A program made the position numbers and the translations under genes. Under the pieces are notes generated by a model. The model did no database searches. It was not told where the DNA came from and was given only the letters and a program-made list of their open reading frames with translations. This document shows, one piece after another, positions 25,501-38,226 of a DNA stretch of 64,000 bases. Within the stretch, counting starts at the first letter, position 1; each line of letters starts with the position of its first letter. Source of the DNA: Takakia lepidozioides (Eukaryota; Plantae; Bryophyta); the NCBI GenBank assembly GCA_030704615.1, contig CM060734.1, forward strand, positions 22,010,001 through 22,074,000, written 5' to 3'.

Positions 25501-27613
25501 GAGAGGTCGTCAATCCTCGGCAAAGGGTACCGGTTTTTGATAGTTACCTTATTCAGAGCCCTGTAATCGACACACATCCGCAGCGTCCCATCCTTCTTGT
25601 CTGCAATAGCACCGGGGCTCCGTAAGGTGACTTACTCGGCCGGATGTACCCCTTTGACATTAGATCCTTGGCTGATTCTTCAGCTCGACCAACTCTCTGT
25701 GGCTCAACCGGTAGGCGCCGTGGCAGGCGGTTCCGATCCCGTATCACCTCAATTTGTGGTCAACTTCTCTTCGCGGTGGCAAGCCGCTTGGTAAATCCTC
25801 CGGCATCACATCCTGGTATTCTCTCCAAATCCCCTTGATCCAATCTGGCTCGATTCCCCATCGCCCTTCTCCATTCATTTCTCTAATGTAAAGCAAAAAT
25901 TGGGGCTCGTGTGCCTCTCCACTCCCCACCCCCACTCCTTTGCTGATAGAAGGTTTATTATTCGCCCTCCCCACGGATTTGGGCGTTTCAGACACTCATA
26001 AACCCTCGCCACCACTCCCACATGGCAGCGTGACTACTCTCTTGCGCCATCTATGACCGCTCCGGATTTGCTCAAAAATGTCATCCCCAAAATGAGATCC
26101 ACTCCATCGATCTCTGCAGATGGTGAAGTTCTCACGTCCCTCCCAACTCCCCAGTTGAAGAGAACATCAATCGCCAACCTTGTCGCCAACTGTGGTTCTC
26201 CTTTGGCAGAACGCACCTCAATAGAGGCCCCAACGTCACTTGTCGGGAGTCCCAGCTTTGTGCCGTTGCCGGTATCATGAAGGAGTGCGACGCTCCTGTG
26301 TCCACCAACAACGACACATTAGTTCCGGATATTATCCCATCCACGAACAATAACTGACTCCCTTTTCGTAAGGTGCCAGTTTCCTTATACAACTCACAAG
26401 AAAATTTGCCTACCTTGCAAGTCCTGGCGACCACCGCTTCCACCAAGCGACTGATGGTATCTTCCGACAGCTCCGTGGTCGCCCGAGTCATGTTCAATTG
26501 TCGGGGCTTCGTGCATTTCTTGGCCATGCCCGGGCTCCCTGCAATTGAAACACACTCCATCAAAGGTCGCCTTCTGTCCGTCATAAGCCGCTCCACCCGC
26601 TTTTCCTTTCGAAGCACCGGGTGCCGCCTTGACGTGTGAAGGCCCTCCCTTCGATTTCCACGTGCCATTTTCGCCGCGTGGCCTATCCCACTTCTTTTCC
26701 GGTCGGAAGGAGTCACCTTCCCGCCGATCTTCTTGTGGTTCAGCTCCGTACGGCCTTGTCTTTCACACCCTAGGGACATCCGAGAAACATTCAGCCCTCT
26801 CAATTGCCTCGTTCAAAGTCTTGGGTGGCTTCTCCTCCAACTTCCGCCTGGCCCATGGGGCCAGTCCCGCCACAAAGTTGAAGACCATTTCTGGTTCTGC
26901 CATGTCCGCGACTTCGAGCAACAGCACATTGAAAGCCTGGACATACCCCCGAATGTCATCTGTTTGCTTCAAATTCCTCATCTTGTCTCGGGCAAGCCAG
27001 GACGCGTTGAGGGGCACAAACTGTCTCTTCAACAATTCCTTGAACCCACTCCAGTTCAAGGTTTCCGGACTTGGACCTCGGTCGTGAAGGCGTTTCTGCC
27101 ACCATTGTTGAGCATAGCCCCTCAAATAGGTGGGAGCCACTTCCACCCGATCCTCGTCACTCAACTTGGCCGCCCGGAAGTACTGCTCTAGCTCCAAGAG
27201 CCAGGTGTTGAGTGCCTTCCGATTTCGGACGCCCTCGAAGGTGCCGGGTTCCTTAGGCTTCACCTTAAACTTTGCCTTAGCGGAAGTGGCATTAGCCGCC
27301 TTCAACACGTCTTTCAACGTCCCGCCAAACTGCGCCAACAACCCTTCCCAAAAGGCTGCCGGCATGGGAGGCATCTCTTGGTTTGTCAGAGCTCTCAAGG
27401 ATTCCTCGGGCTCCGACTCCTCGGATTCCTCCCGCTCTTGGGCGGCCTCGTTTTCGGAAACATGCATCGCTTCCTCAAACGGCCACCTCGGTGACACGCC
27501 GCCCCCATCGGGCTCACCGGGATCATCATCTTTTGGGCCGTTCCGCTTTCGCTTCGGCTTACCCGACCCCATGATGAGGCCAATCCCAAGGACGATCGCG
27601 TACTGAACTCTAA

Positions 27614-27625
27614 GCTCTGATACCA
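27614..27625 (-). other. Primer-binding site (initiator tRNA-Met)
   Basis: TGGTATCAGAGC on the minus strand, 2 nt from the LTR end. Confidence 0.95.
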
Positions 27626-27920
27626 AGTGTCGCGCACCCCACTTCGGTAAACTCCCCTTCAAGTCATAGTTACTCGCTTTGATGCGCGCGCCTGACTCCC
27701 AACCTGGCCGCCCGGGCCAACTTGGAGCTTCGGCTGCTCACCGGGACATAACGATGAACTCCGAAAGTTGGAGAACAAGGAAAATTGATGTTAACAAATA
27801 AGTTATAACGAGTTACGAATGGTCGTTCGCCTGGTCCCTGCGTATTTCATAATCATTTCGCAAAATCTATGATCTTTCTACGAACATACCCACAAAGTTC
27901 TCAAAGCACAAAATAATTTC

Positions 27921-29290
27921 GATTGATCTCATATTACACTGGGACGTATCAGAGGGTACATTGAACACACTGGCCAAGTTTCAAAGCGAACTAAAATCAT
28001 TTGGATGGGCAACCATCCGTTGGCCCATTGAACAAATTTTGATTGAATTCATATTACTCTGGGACCTCTTACATGGCACATTGAACATAGTGGCCAAGTC
28101 TCAAAGCGAACCAAAATCATTTCGATGGCCAACCATCCGTTGAGCCATCGAATGAATTTCGATTGATTTGATATTAGTTCGGGACCTGTGAGAGGGTGTC
28201 TGGAACGTGCTGGCAAAGTTTGGAAGCTAACAAAAATGATTTGGATGGGCAACCATCCGTTCACCCGTTGAATGTATTCTGTTGGAGCTGCTATTGCTTT
28301 GGGACCTGTTGGACTATGTTTCGCGTGCTTACGATTTTTTTTTCATTCTATTTTTGAATGGGGCGTGTAATGTAGCCATATGCAACGTGCGTACCAAATT
28401 TGGGAGCAATCAAATTCATTTGAACCCAAAACCACAGTTTCTTCCCTGTTTTGCACTCCAAACTTGATTTGTGTTCTACTTTATGCACTCTTCATAGAGA
28501 GTTCTGCAATAATGAACGAAGAGAACACTTTTTTTGGGGGTTATTTTTTATTGGTCCAAATTTTGGCGGGGTAGTAGCCGTGGGATGCTGGAAGCCGCAG
28601 AACAAAATTGAGCAAAAAACAAAATCGATACGTGCCAGAAACCCCCACTGAAAGGCAGTGCAAACCTATTTATTGGCTTAAAATAAATTTAAATTCAATT
28701 AAATTGTGGAATGGCTTGAGGGGGGAGCGCGTCGATGGGGAGGCAAATGATTTATTCGTCTGTTGTGTCTCCGCACATGTGTCGCACACATGTTCAAGCA
28801 CATGGGCAAAAGAGGGGCTTCAACCACATCCGTTCAATGGGTGCAATAGCCGTGCACGCATTGCAGGATTTCTTTTTCGCATTGAACAAAAACCAGATGA
28901 CAAGTGAACGCCTCATTGGACAATCGAATGATTTTCGATTGATCTCGTATTATGCTGGGACGTATCAGATGGTACATTGAACACACTGGCCAAGTTTCAA
29001 AGCAAACGAAAATCATTTGGATGGGCAACCATCTGTTGGCCCATTCAACGAATTTCGATTGATCTCATATTACTCTGGGGCCTCTTACATGGCACATTGA
29101 ACATAGTGGCCAAGTCTCAAAGTGAACCAAAATCATTTCGATGGCCAACCATCCGTTGAGCCATCGAATGAATTTCGATTGATCTGATATTAGTCCGGGA
29201 CCTGATACATGGTAGAACATAGTGACAAAGATTGAAAGCAAACGAAAATCATTTGGATGGACAACCATTCAATCGCCCATTGAATGAATG
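27921..29290. repeat. Two arrays of three 120-bp tandem units
   Basis: gattga...atcattt(g/c)gatgg...aaccatc units start at 27921/28041/28161 and 28937/29057/29177. Confidence 0.9.
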
Positions 29291-31097
29291 GGGTTTCGTC
29301 TTCGATTATACTGGTGCAGAAATCCTTAAAAAAACAAATGACCATCTCAACTTTTATAAGCCTCATCCTCAGCTTCCAATTTTGATGGTCATTTGTTTTT
29401 TTAAGTTATATACGCATGTGTGGATATGTTCCAGATGGAAGATATTAGCATTGGAAAAATAAGAGTTGGAGAAGCACCTCATTACGAAGCAAGAGACATT
29501 ACAGAAGACCTCAACATGTTGAACATCTGGATGAAGAACCTTGCCCACGTCGCTTCAAAGTTCTAGCGCTTCTGAAATGATTACATGTTTGTTGGTGGAA
29601 GCAGATCTCGTAGGCCACATTGATCTCGTACCCATCGAAGACTCCCATAGGCCACATGGAACGGTTCATGTGATACATTTTCACAAATGCGATGTGATAC
29701 ATTTGTGAAATGGTATCACATCAACCGTTTAATGCGGCCAATGCACGTCTTCCGCACCATGGCGGAAATGTTCGCCACTTGAAAGCACAAACACAAATAA
29801 TCCGTGCAAACAATCTCAAGAATCATATGTACTGCAAGGTGTTTCATATTGCCGATGTTCATGTAGCTGAATTATTTAGGAATCGTTTTGCTACTCCCAT
29901 GCCAACAACATCAGGTCCACTGCGACTGCCATATTCCGAATTCTGTATCAACCACCACGGACATGAAACCAGGAACTTCGCACAAAATCTCCAATTCATT
30001 CAATTTATGGTGGGCCATGGCTGCAGCCTGCAAGCTGGCCGGGGTGGCTGATACGTCCGTTTGAAAATAACAGTTTTAGAAGACGTTGGCATGAGAATAG
30101 CAAAAAGAGTACTACAGAATTCAGCTAGAGGAACAACAATAGCATGAAACACCTTACCGTAAATATGATTGTTGACATTGGTTGTGACAGCTCCAATCAA
30201 TAGAGAACTCGCACCATCAGTTGCACTCCAACAGCAGTACCGGTCCCTTGAGTAAATAAAATTCCGTTGTAAATAATAAATTGCATACGCTCGAACCTCA
30301 CAAATGTCATTTCAACAAAACCGGCCGTGTATTGTGGCACTGTTTGTAACTGCGAATGTTTCAATGTTTCTGACAGGGTACTGAGAAAATGATATATTGG
30401 ATCCATAGGAGTTAGATAACAAACGTTCCATATCTCATTCAACTGTGCGATACTACCATGAGTGGCATGGATAAAAAAGTAATATGTGTACATGCGACCT
30501 CCGCACGTTTAAGTAGAGACCTAGTATCAAACGTTCGGAGGTCGCATGTGCATCTATTACTTTCCGATCCATGCCTCTCATGGTAGTGTCGCACAGTTGA
30601 ATGAGAGGAGACGTTTGTTGTCTAACTCCTACGGAACTAATACATCGTTTTCTCATAACCCTATCCGAAACCTTGAAACATTACAAATATAAACAGTGAG
30701 TCTGTACACAAACCATTTATGTTGCGATGACAGGTGTCAGGGTCGAGCATATGCAATATAGTATTTACAATGGGACTTCATTTATTACATGCACGATCAA
30801 AATTGAGTTATGTCTTCATAAAAGAACCATTATACCGCCAGAAATCTCATATCTACGAGACTATGGTCTACTCCGTCCTATATACGTCTTTCGGCTCAGG
30901 CCAAGTGAATGGCTTGCCCATGAACCGAAGTACTACATGGGCTAATGTGACTCTCTCATTCTTGTTGTTGTCGTACAACCTTCGTAGCATTGAATGTCAA
31001 CAACCTCCCGTAAATTGGTCCTGGAATATACTTTGATCATAATGAGCGCCGCCATTTATTCGTACCGCTATCTTCCCAACGGCAAAGGCCTCCGACG

Positions 31098-32317
31098 TCA
31101 TGGCCTTGGGGAAGGGGGAGGGGATTTGGCATTCGCATTGAAAACCGATGCAATATCTTTTCCCACCCACCATCTTTTCGCGAGTTCCTGGTCCAGCTTG
31201 TCTTGGTTTTCAAACTGGTACGGCGAGGCTTTGCGTATGCCCAATGGGGTGGCTAAGCCCCAATCACACACCCCAATCTTGATCTCCTCGGAAAATGCAA
31301 CAAGATGTTGTCGGGGGACAAGTCGTTGTGCAGGACACCGTTCTTGTGGACAGCATCCATGATGCACACCAGTGCCCATGTAAGTTTACTGCGCACTTTT
31401 CGGAAACGAAGCAAGCGATCGCATTCCTGGAACTCTGCTTCCGTTCCCATTTGTTCCAAAATCACCCTGTTGTCCGAATCGTTGCCCCATTTTCTGTCAA
31501 GGTTTATTGTGTCGCATATTGTCCCCCCATTCCACCATCGAGTGTAACCTTTTACCTTACGTGCATTCACAACAAAATACGAGATAACACCCGGATGCTG
31601 GAACTTCACTGCCAAACACTCGTCGTTATATTGTCTCAACGCATTTTCTGGATTTTTGGACTTGGGTTTTTTTTTTCCCGCTAGCTCCCAACGCTCCGGT
31701 ATTCTAGAATCGCCAACAATCTTATAGTGACGGATCTTAGCATACCCTCCTTCTTTGTAAGGGCCAATCTCTACCACCTTCGTAATAGAGTTCAGATAAT
31801 AAAGACCAGTTGTGCCTCCTCCGCCCGATGACCCCGCCTTCCAAGGGACAACCCTAGTCCGGCGATGTGAATTCTGACTTGCCGAGCAACCCCAATACTC
31901 AACACGCCGCATTAACTCAGCTTCGGCGGAGGGCACTCGACCCTCGGTTGTTCTACCCTTCCATGTCTTCATTAGCTGCCTCAAATTCCACGTGGCATCT
32001 TTCGCCCTGCTTTGGATCCACCGATTGAACTTAGGCTTGTCCCTGTCCGCCGTCCACTTAGCCCCCGCCAAAACGTTTATCATTTTCATCTCCATATTTT
32101 GCTGAAAAATCTGAAACCCCTCCCATCCATGCCTAACATAAGCACTCTCCAGCCTCATCATGTCCCTACCCTTGAAATAATCCGCTACCATTTCTTTCAC
32201 CCTATCCAAGGCATCCGGTCCCGGGTAGTCTGACTTGTTGACCTGGTTATCCCGCTCGTGGGCACGTTTTCTCTTCCTCCGCCTCCCAAACAATCCCGCC
32301 CCAGAACTTGAATTCAC
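31098..32317 (-). pseudogene. Atypical protein kinase, frameshifted near 31290
   Basis: EGGYAKI Gly loop, LAGK (VAIK equivalent), HPGVI, VLHNDLSPDNILL catalytic loop, VCDWGLA (DFG equivalent) in the next frame. Confidence 0.8.
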
Positions 32318-33295
32318 AACCCTCGACGTTGTATAAACCTTTGCCCACTATAGGGTCCAAAACCTCAGAAAATGGCAATGAACGGGTGTGGATGGTGTCT
32401 TCGTAGTTTTCTGCAAAAAAACAGGCCGCCAGAGATCCGGAAACGGCAAAATGGTGATACGATGATTGTACCGTGAACAAGTGTGTGGGACTGACCAATA
32501 GAAAACCGACAAAACCTCCCCCCCCAAATAATCACCTTTGCACCTCCCATTGGCAGTGCCAAGCAACGAAGTCCGAAAGGACTACAGGATGCCAAGGAAC
32601 CGCACCACAAGAGGGACAAAAGTGATCAGAAAAGGAGGGGGGAATGGTTTATATAGGCGCCCACCAGCCGCCCCCCCAAGAAAAAATGGCATTATGCTTG
32701 AAAATGCGCGACAGGCCAGTGGAGCCTCGCCACGCGCACCCACATGGGAGAGGTCAAGGGTTCAAAACCACCTCCCCCCATCCCATTTGTTTCGTTTTTC
32801 CTGACCCGTGGCACCTCGCCACGTGGTTGGCCGAGGCGCCGCTTCATGATTAAAAATAAAGAACAAAACGCCACACGGCGGGTCCCTGGATTTCTAAGGA
32901 AAAAAAAAACACGCGACCGCTGCATAGCGGTCGCTATATTTATAAAAACAAGAGCGATCGCCACATGGCCAATGTAGGCGGTCGCTTATTTTAAAATGTA
33001 ATAAAATACAAGCGACCGCCAATATGGGCGGTCGTTTTTATTAAAAATAATAAATTATAGGTAACCGCCAATATAGGCGGACACATTTTTTTAAAAGAAT
33101 TAATAAATATTAATAATTGGCCACGTCTGTTTTACACCGTGGCTGCCATGTAATTACAAATGGTAGAAGTAAATCATAAAAGTCAAATAAATAAATAAAT
33201 TACATGGGTAAACATCCGGATTCGACATGACGTGACGCACGTTGGACGTGACGGCTGACGTGTCAGCGCCACGTCACGTCAGGAATGATAACTAG

Positions 33296-35941
33296 GTGTT
33301 ATGGAAGCATACTCCTTATTGCTGGGTCGACCATGGCTGAAATAGGCCAGGGTATTCCAGTTACTGACTGTGCATGATGGGAAGCACAAGATACAGGTCA
33401 CCACTAAGAAATCTAGTAGGCTACTTGCTACCAGAAGACCTCATGGAGTCAGAGAGTACGACTGGAGGGGAGGACTTGATGAGGAGCAGGAAGCTACCCT
33501 GTTTGTTGCACACCCAGAATGGGAGCAGGTTGCAGAAATGCAACTGAGAGATCTGAGTTGCTTAAAAGGTATCTACTGTGGTGCAGTAACAGCAATACCA
33601 ATTGAGGGGGAAACAAGTAGTTACCCACCACATTTCTATGAGGAAAGAGAGGGAGAAATAGAAATCCTAAAAGAACCAGCCACTGTGAGTTTACGGGATG
33701 AAGTGGGTGGACAATCACAGCTGAGGAGCAAGTGAGAGAAGTGAATGTGGGAACTGAAGAGGAACCAAGAATGGTGAAAGTAGAGGCTGACTTGGAGCTA
33801 TAATTCTTTGAGGAAGCTAAAAGCCTGTTTATCAAATACAAAGATGTATTTGCTTGGAGCTATGAGGATCTAAAAGGGATATCACCTGAGATCTGCCAAC
33901 ATAAGATTGAACTGGAACCAGGGTCAGTACCAATTAAACAGGCAAGGTATAGGATGAATCATAACTATCACTACAACAGATCGCGGTAATTATGACTGCG
34001 GTAGTCATGGTTTTCTTGACTTTGACCATGACTGCACCATGTTTTTATATGAAATTGACCTCCCGTAGTCGTTCATACGACTGTAGTCATATAAACGACT
34101 ATCTAAGTAGTCGTCTGTATGACTACATGGCTCCGGAATGGGCGGAAGGCTGGTCAACGACAATTGACCATATTTAGCTCAGCACTGATAGTCATTTCTA
34201 TGACTACAATGTACATGGATGAGGTTACATAGTCATGACTACTACTGGGGATTTTGTAATTTGGTGTGTATAATACAATTAAAATACCACATGATCACAT
34301 AAATGACTAATGGGTGTATTGGTTAGCAGGTAGTGAACTATAACTCTTATAGTAAAGAGGTTGGAGGTTCAAACTCCTCTAAGTACAATCAAATGGATAA
34401 GATGGCCCTAGGGTTAGTAGGCGAGCTAGGGATAGCACGTGACACCTTAAATGGGCTGCCACGTGGTTTTTTTCATTATAATAAAATGTATTATGCCACG
34501 TGGCACAACGCGGCATTTGACATTTTAATTTTAATTTTAATTTTTTTTGAAAAAAATTATTTATTTATTTAATCAATTGCAAGTAGCGGAAGAAGACTAG
34601 GGAAAGACAACTTTCATCACAGACTGGGGTATTATGCATACAAAGTCATGCCTTTTGGACTTTGTAATGCACCAACAACTTTTCAGAGGGTGATAAGTGA
34701 ATCCTTCCATGAGTATCTGGATGATCTCATGCAAGTGTTCTTAGATGACTTCAGTGTGTATAGCTCTAAGAATGAGCACTTGTAGAAGTTGGAGTTATGT
34801 TTGGCCAGATGCAGGATGAGAGGTCTTAGTCTGAATCCAGAAAAGTGTACTTTCTGTGTGAACTCAGGGGTACTACTGGGACACATTGTGTGTAAGAATG
34901 GACTGCTTGTGGATCCTAGAAAAATAGAGGCTATTAAAGCCTCACCACCACCAAGTAACGTTAAGGGTCTAAGGAGGTTCCTTGAACAAACTACTTATTA
35001 TAGAAGGTTTGTCAGACGGTATGCACAGATGGTAGCTCCATTGAGCAAGCTTCTAAAGAAAGATGCAGTGTTTGCATGGACAACTGAATGTCAACAGACA
35101 TTTGAAGCAATTATATTGTCAATAACAACTACACCTGTGCTGATTAACCCTCACTGGCATGTAGTATTTCATGTACACTGTGATGCCTCAGGAGAAGCAT
35201 TGGGAGCTGTGTTAGCTCAAAATGTCACATGAAACATAGATTCACCTGTGTATTATACTAGCAGATTGTTGAACAGTGCGGAGATGAACTATAGCACTAC
35301 TGAAAGAGAAGCTTTGGCAATGATTTATGCAATCAAGAAATTCAGGCATTACCTATTGGGAATGAAATTTATGTTTTATGTGGATCATCAAGCTTTGATT
35401 TATCTGGTGAACAAGCCTTTGATAAGTGGCAGGATAGCAAGATGGATAATAATCTTGCACGAGTTTGAGTTCGAATTTGTTTACAAGCCTGGCCGTTTGC
35501 ATCTTGTGGCAGATCACTTGTCACGGCTATCAACAGGAGAGGCCGCCACGGGAGTAGACGACCAACTGCCTGATGCGAGTTTATTTGCAGTGGAGGTGTA
35601 GGGAAGTGCAGATGATTGGTTAGATTGGCAGTGGCCAATCAGATACTACCTTACTCATGGTCAGTGCCCACCCAGTTATGGGAAGGAGCAAAGGAAAAGA
35701 ATAGCTATCAAGGCTTTACCATACACTATGATAGGGGGAAGATTGTATAAGCTAGGACCTGATGGAGTTCTTAAACGATGCTTGTACCACCATGAAGTAA
35801 ATAAAGTTTTGGAAGAAGTTCAAAAAGGAGTGGCTGGAGGTCATTTTGGAGAAGAGACTACAAGTAGAATAATACTACTTGCAGGTTACTGGTGGCCTAC
35901 TTTGTTCAAGGATGTATACAAGTATTGCAAGGGTTGTGATG
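33296..35941 (+). pseudogene. Ty3/Gypsy pol fragment (protease end, RT, RNase H, integrase H2C2)
   Basis: LLLGRPWL; MPFGLCNAP; VFLDDF; HCDASGEALGAVL; YSTTEREALA; GHFGEETT...YWWPTL...CKGC. Confidence 0.9.
33969..34572 (+). mobile_element. CACTA (En/Spm) terminal fragment
   Basis: Starts CACTACAACAGA, with many atgactac/gtagtcat subterminal repeats in both orientations. It interrupts the RT; the second TIR is absent. Confidence 0.75.
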
Positions 35942-36337
35942 AACTAACTAACTGTCATCCAGACAGAATGCACGTTCCCTCTGCAGATGTCGTTCCCTTC
36001 TACTAATAACCGTTCCCTGTTAATGTTGTGATGGGCTGTGCCAAACTGTGTCGGGCTGTGACTGTGCCAAGCTATGACTGGCTGTGTCGGGCTGTGAAAG
36101 ACTGTGATAGGCTGTGTAAGGCTGTGACAAGCTGTGTCAGACTGTGATAAGCTGTGTCAAGTTGTGTCTAACTGTGTAAGGCTGTGACTGACTGTGTAAG
36201 CCTGTCTACCACCCCTAAGGCCTGTGTTGGTCTAAGTCTACCATCCGTAAGTCTGCGCAAAAATTAAGGGTACCCCACAGAACCCGTAAAACTGTCCAAG
36301 TCCCAGACAGCCCTCTAACATTATCCCTCCCTCTCTC
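35942..36337 (-). repeat. Third-family 3' LTR (truncated) plus PPT
   Basis: On the minus strand agagagggagggataa is followed by TGTTAGAGGG at 36320; matches 21384-21853. Confidence 0.8.
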
Positions 36338-36351
36338 AAAAAGCCGTGTCC

Positions 36352-37362
36352 TCACGGTTTACTGTTTAGGATCAGCAAACCTTTGTGAACGAGGACCCTT
36401 CTGTCGATGAGAGTCCCGTGGAGGGCTCTATGTGCGAGCCCGAGCCCTGTCGCTGGCTGGTGGAGATGACTGCCCATCAAATGGAAATGACTTCCTTTCC
36501 TTTGGTTGATAAGGAGGTAACTTCTCAGGCATAGGAGATCCCCGTCGTTTCTTCTCTGCCATTTGTATTGCATACTCCTCAGCCATGTCAAAAGGTTCCT
36601 CTATAGATCCAGTAGGAGCAGAGTAGTAGTACCAGTAGTATCAAAATCATCTTCCCCCCTGTGGCCTTTCGGTGCCTGGACCTTAAGTGGCTTCTCAAGA
36701 ATCCTGCGTGGCATACAGTGTTGGCCCACCATGTCTGCTGAAACTTTAAAACTTGTATCAATCTCTTGCGGGGAAAATTAGTATACTCCCGCAGCTCCTT
36801 GTCTGTATAGGTGAGGGGTGTGCCAATGACATTAGAATAGTGTAACCATTTCCTGGCTTCATGTCCCTTAGAAAAAATGTGGTCAAGACCCAAGTTTTCT
36901 TTGGCCAAGTTGTCCAAAGCAAAATTGAATCAAGAACAAAGTTGGGGATCCTTCTGCAACATGATCCTCACATCATACAGATATGTATGGGATGGAACTG
37001 AAGGTATCACCCAATGATCCTCAGACTTGGAATAAGTCTGAAATCGCATCTGCATCTTTGCTGCTCAACGTGATAGCGTGAAATGAAACAAGCAGCATAG
37101 TATAGTCCACAACCCATGACCAAACTAGGTACCTCCTTGGTCTTGGTGTAGATGTACCCATGAACAATCTGGAAGGCAATTAATTCCTTCAGCATGGTGC
37201 CTGCCTTAGACCAGTACCGTGCAAAATGGTGATCCTCAATGGGTCGGTTATTCGGAAGAACCTTAGTCCGAGTTGCCACCGGCAACCAAATGCGCATGAT
37301 CTGGTAATAGTGTGCCAAAGACTCTGGAAGACTGAATTCTTTCCAAGCCAAATCCATAACAA
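36352..37362 (-). pseudogene. Fragmented accessory ORF just upstream of the PPT of the third LTR family; product unknown
   Basis: Consecutive minus-strand ORFs 37007-37375, 36588-36917 and 36352-36591; no recognisable motif. Confidence 0.4.
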
Positions 37363-37881
37363 CTGCGTGCCCCAATCACTACAATTGGGTCCGCCTTGGA
37401 ATGCTGGCCTGAGGTACGGGAACACGCCGAAGCCGCACTACGACTTTGTCCCGAGGCTACACGATTATAGTACGTGAACGGAAGCACGTAGCTTCCGCGT
37501 TAGCCCGCACTACAAAGCAACCCCCTCGGTAGCGCAGTTATAGTATGTGCACGCGCCAGGTGCGCACTAGCACGTGAACTCCTAAAGAAGGCGCAAGTTT
37601 CCTTGCCCCTTTGGATGGAAGTCACCCGATTTTGGCACTGCGCAAACACACGATTAACCCAATTTACCTCTCCCACTTTTGTAAGCTAGCATGCATTCTA
37701 CACACTAGCCAACCACACCATGCATCACCATTCCAAACAAAATAGGACGCACAACATTTGGAACCCATTTCCTTTATAACAAATTTTTGTACAATACAAG
37801 TTTTTGCAATCGGATTCCTAAGCTAGCTAAGCCGGGCTAAGCATGCATTTCCTCCCCCACGCTCCAAGGTTGATGTCCCCA

Positions 37882-38226
37882 TCAATGCTTCTTCCGTTTT
37901 TGAGGTCGCCCTTCGAAAACTGCAACCGCCTCGGATGCGTTTCTCATTTCTGAGGCACGCACCCAAGATGCCTCCACATGATGATAGCCCTTCCATTTGA
38001 CAAGATACTCCGTTTCTCGGTTCTTGAACCTCCTCGACTTAAATACTGCCTCCACCTCATACTCAGGTTCATTTTCATGATCCAACAGCACAGGTGGCGG
38101 ACGCAACACTTGATGCCGATTCGGACGCGCTTCATCTTTGAAGTAAGGCTTTAAAAGGGAGACGTGGAATACTGGATGCACCTTGCTGTTTGCCGGCAGC
38201 TCCAATTCATACACATCCTCATTCAT
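37882..38226 (-). CDS. Integrase C-terminus and chromodomain (frameshifted from pol)
   Basis: [13 protein letters not shown]; EYEVEAV...EYLVKWKGY...EASWV. Confidence 0.9.
   Translation of the reverse strand: MNEDVYELELPANSKVHPVFHVSLLKPYFKDEARPNRHQVLRPPPVLLDHENEPEYEVEAVFKSRRFKNRETEYLVKWKGYHHVEASWVRASEMRNASEAVAVFEGRPQKRKKH

Larger units (their letters stand above)
19375..27753 (-). mobile_element. Ty3/Gypsy chromovirus copy 1 (heavily frameshifted, 5' LTR truncated, internal insertion at ~20450-22544)
   Basis: 3' LTR 19375-20014; gag-PR-RT-RH-IN-chromodomain fragments at 22990-27600 are homologous to copy 2; PBS at 27614-27625; LTR stub at 27628-27753. Confidence 0.9.

Noticed and set aside
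27921-29290. CRISPR-like array
   Set aside because: Whole units are repeated with no unique spacers, there are no cas genes, and the context is eukaryotic
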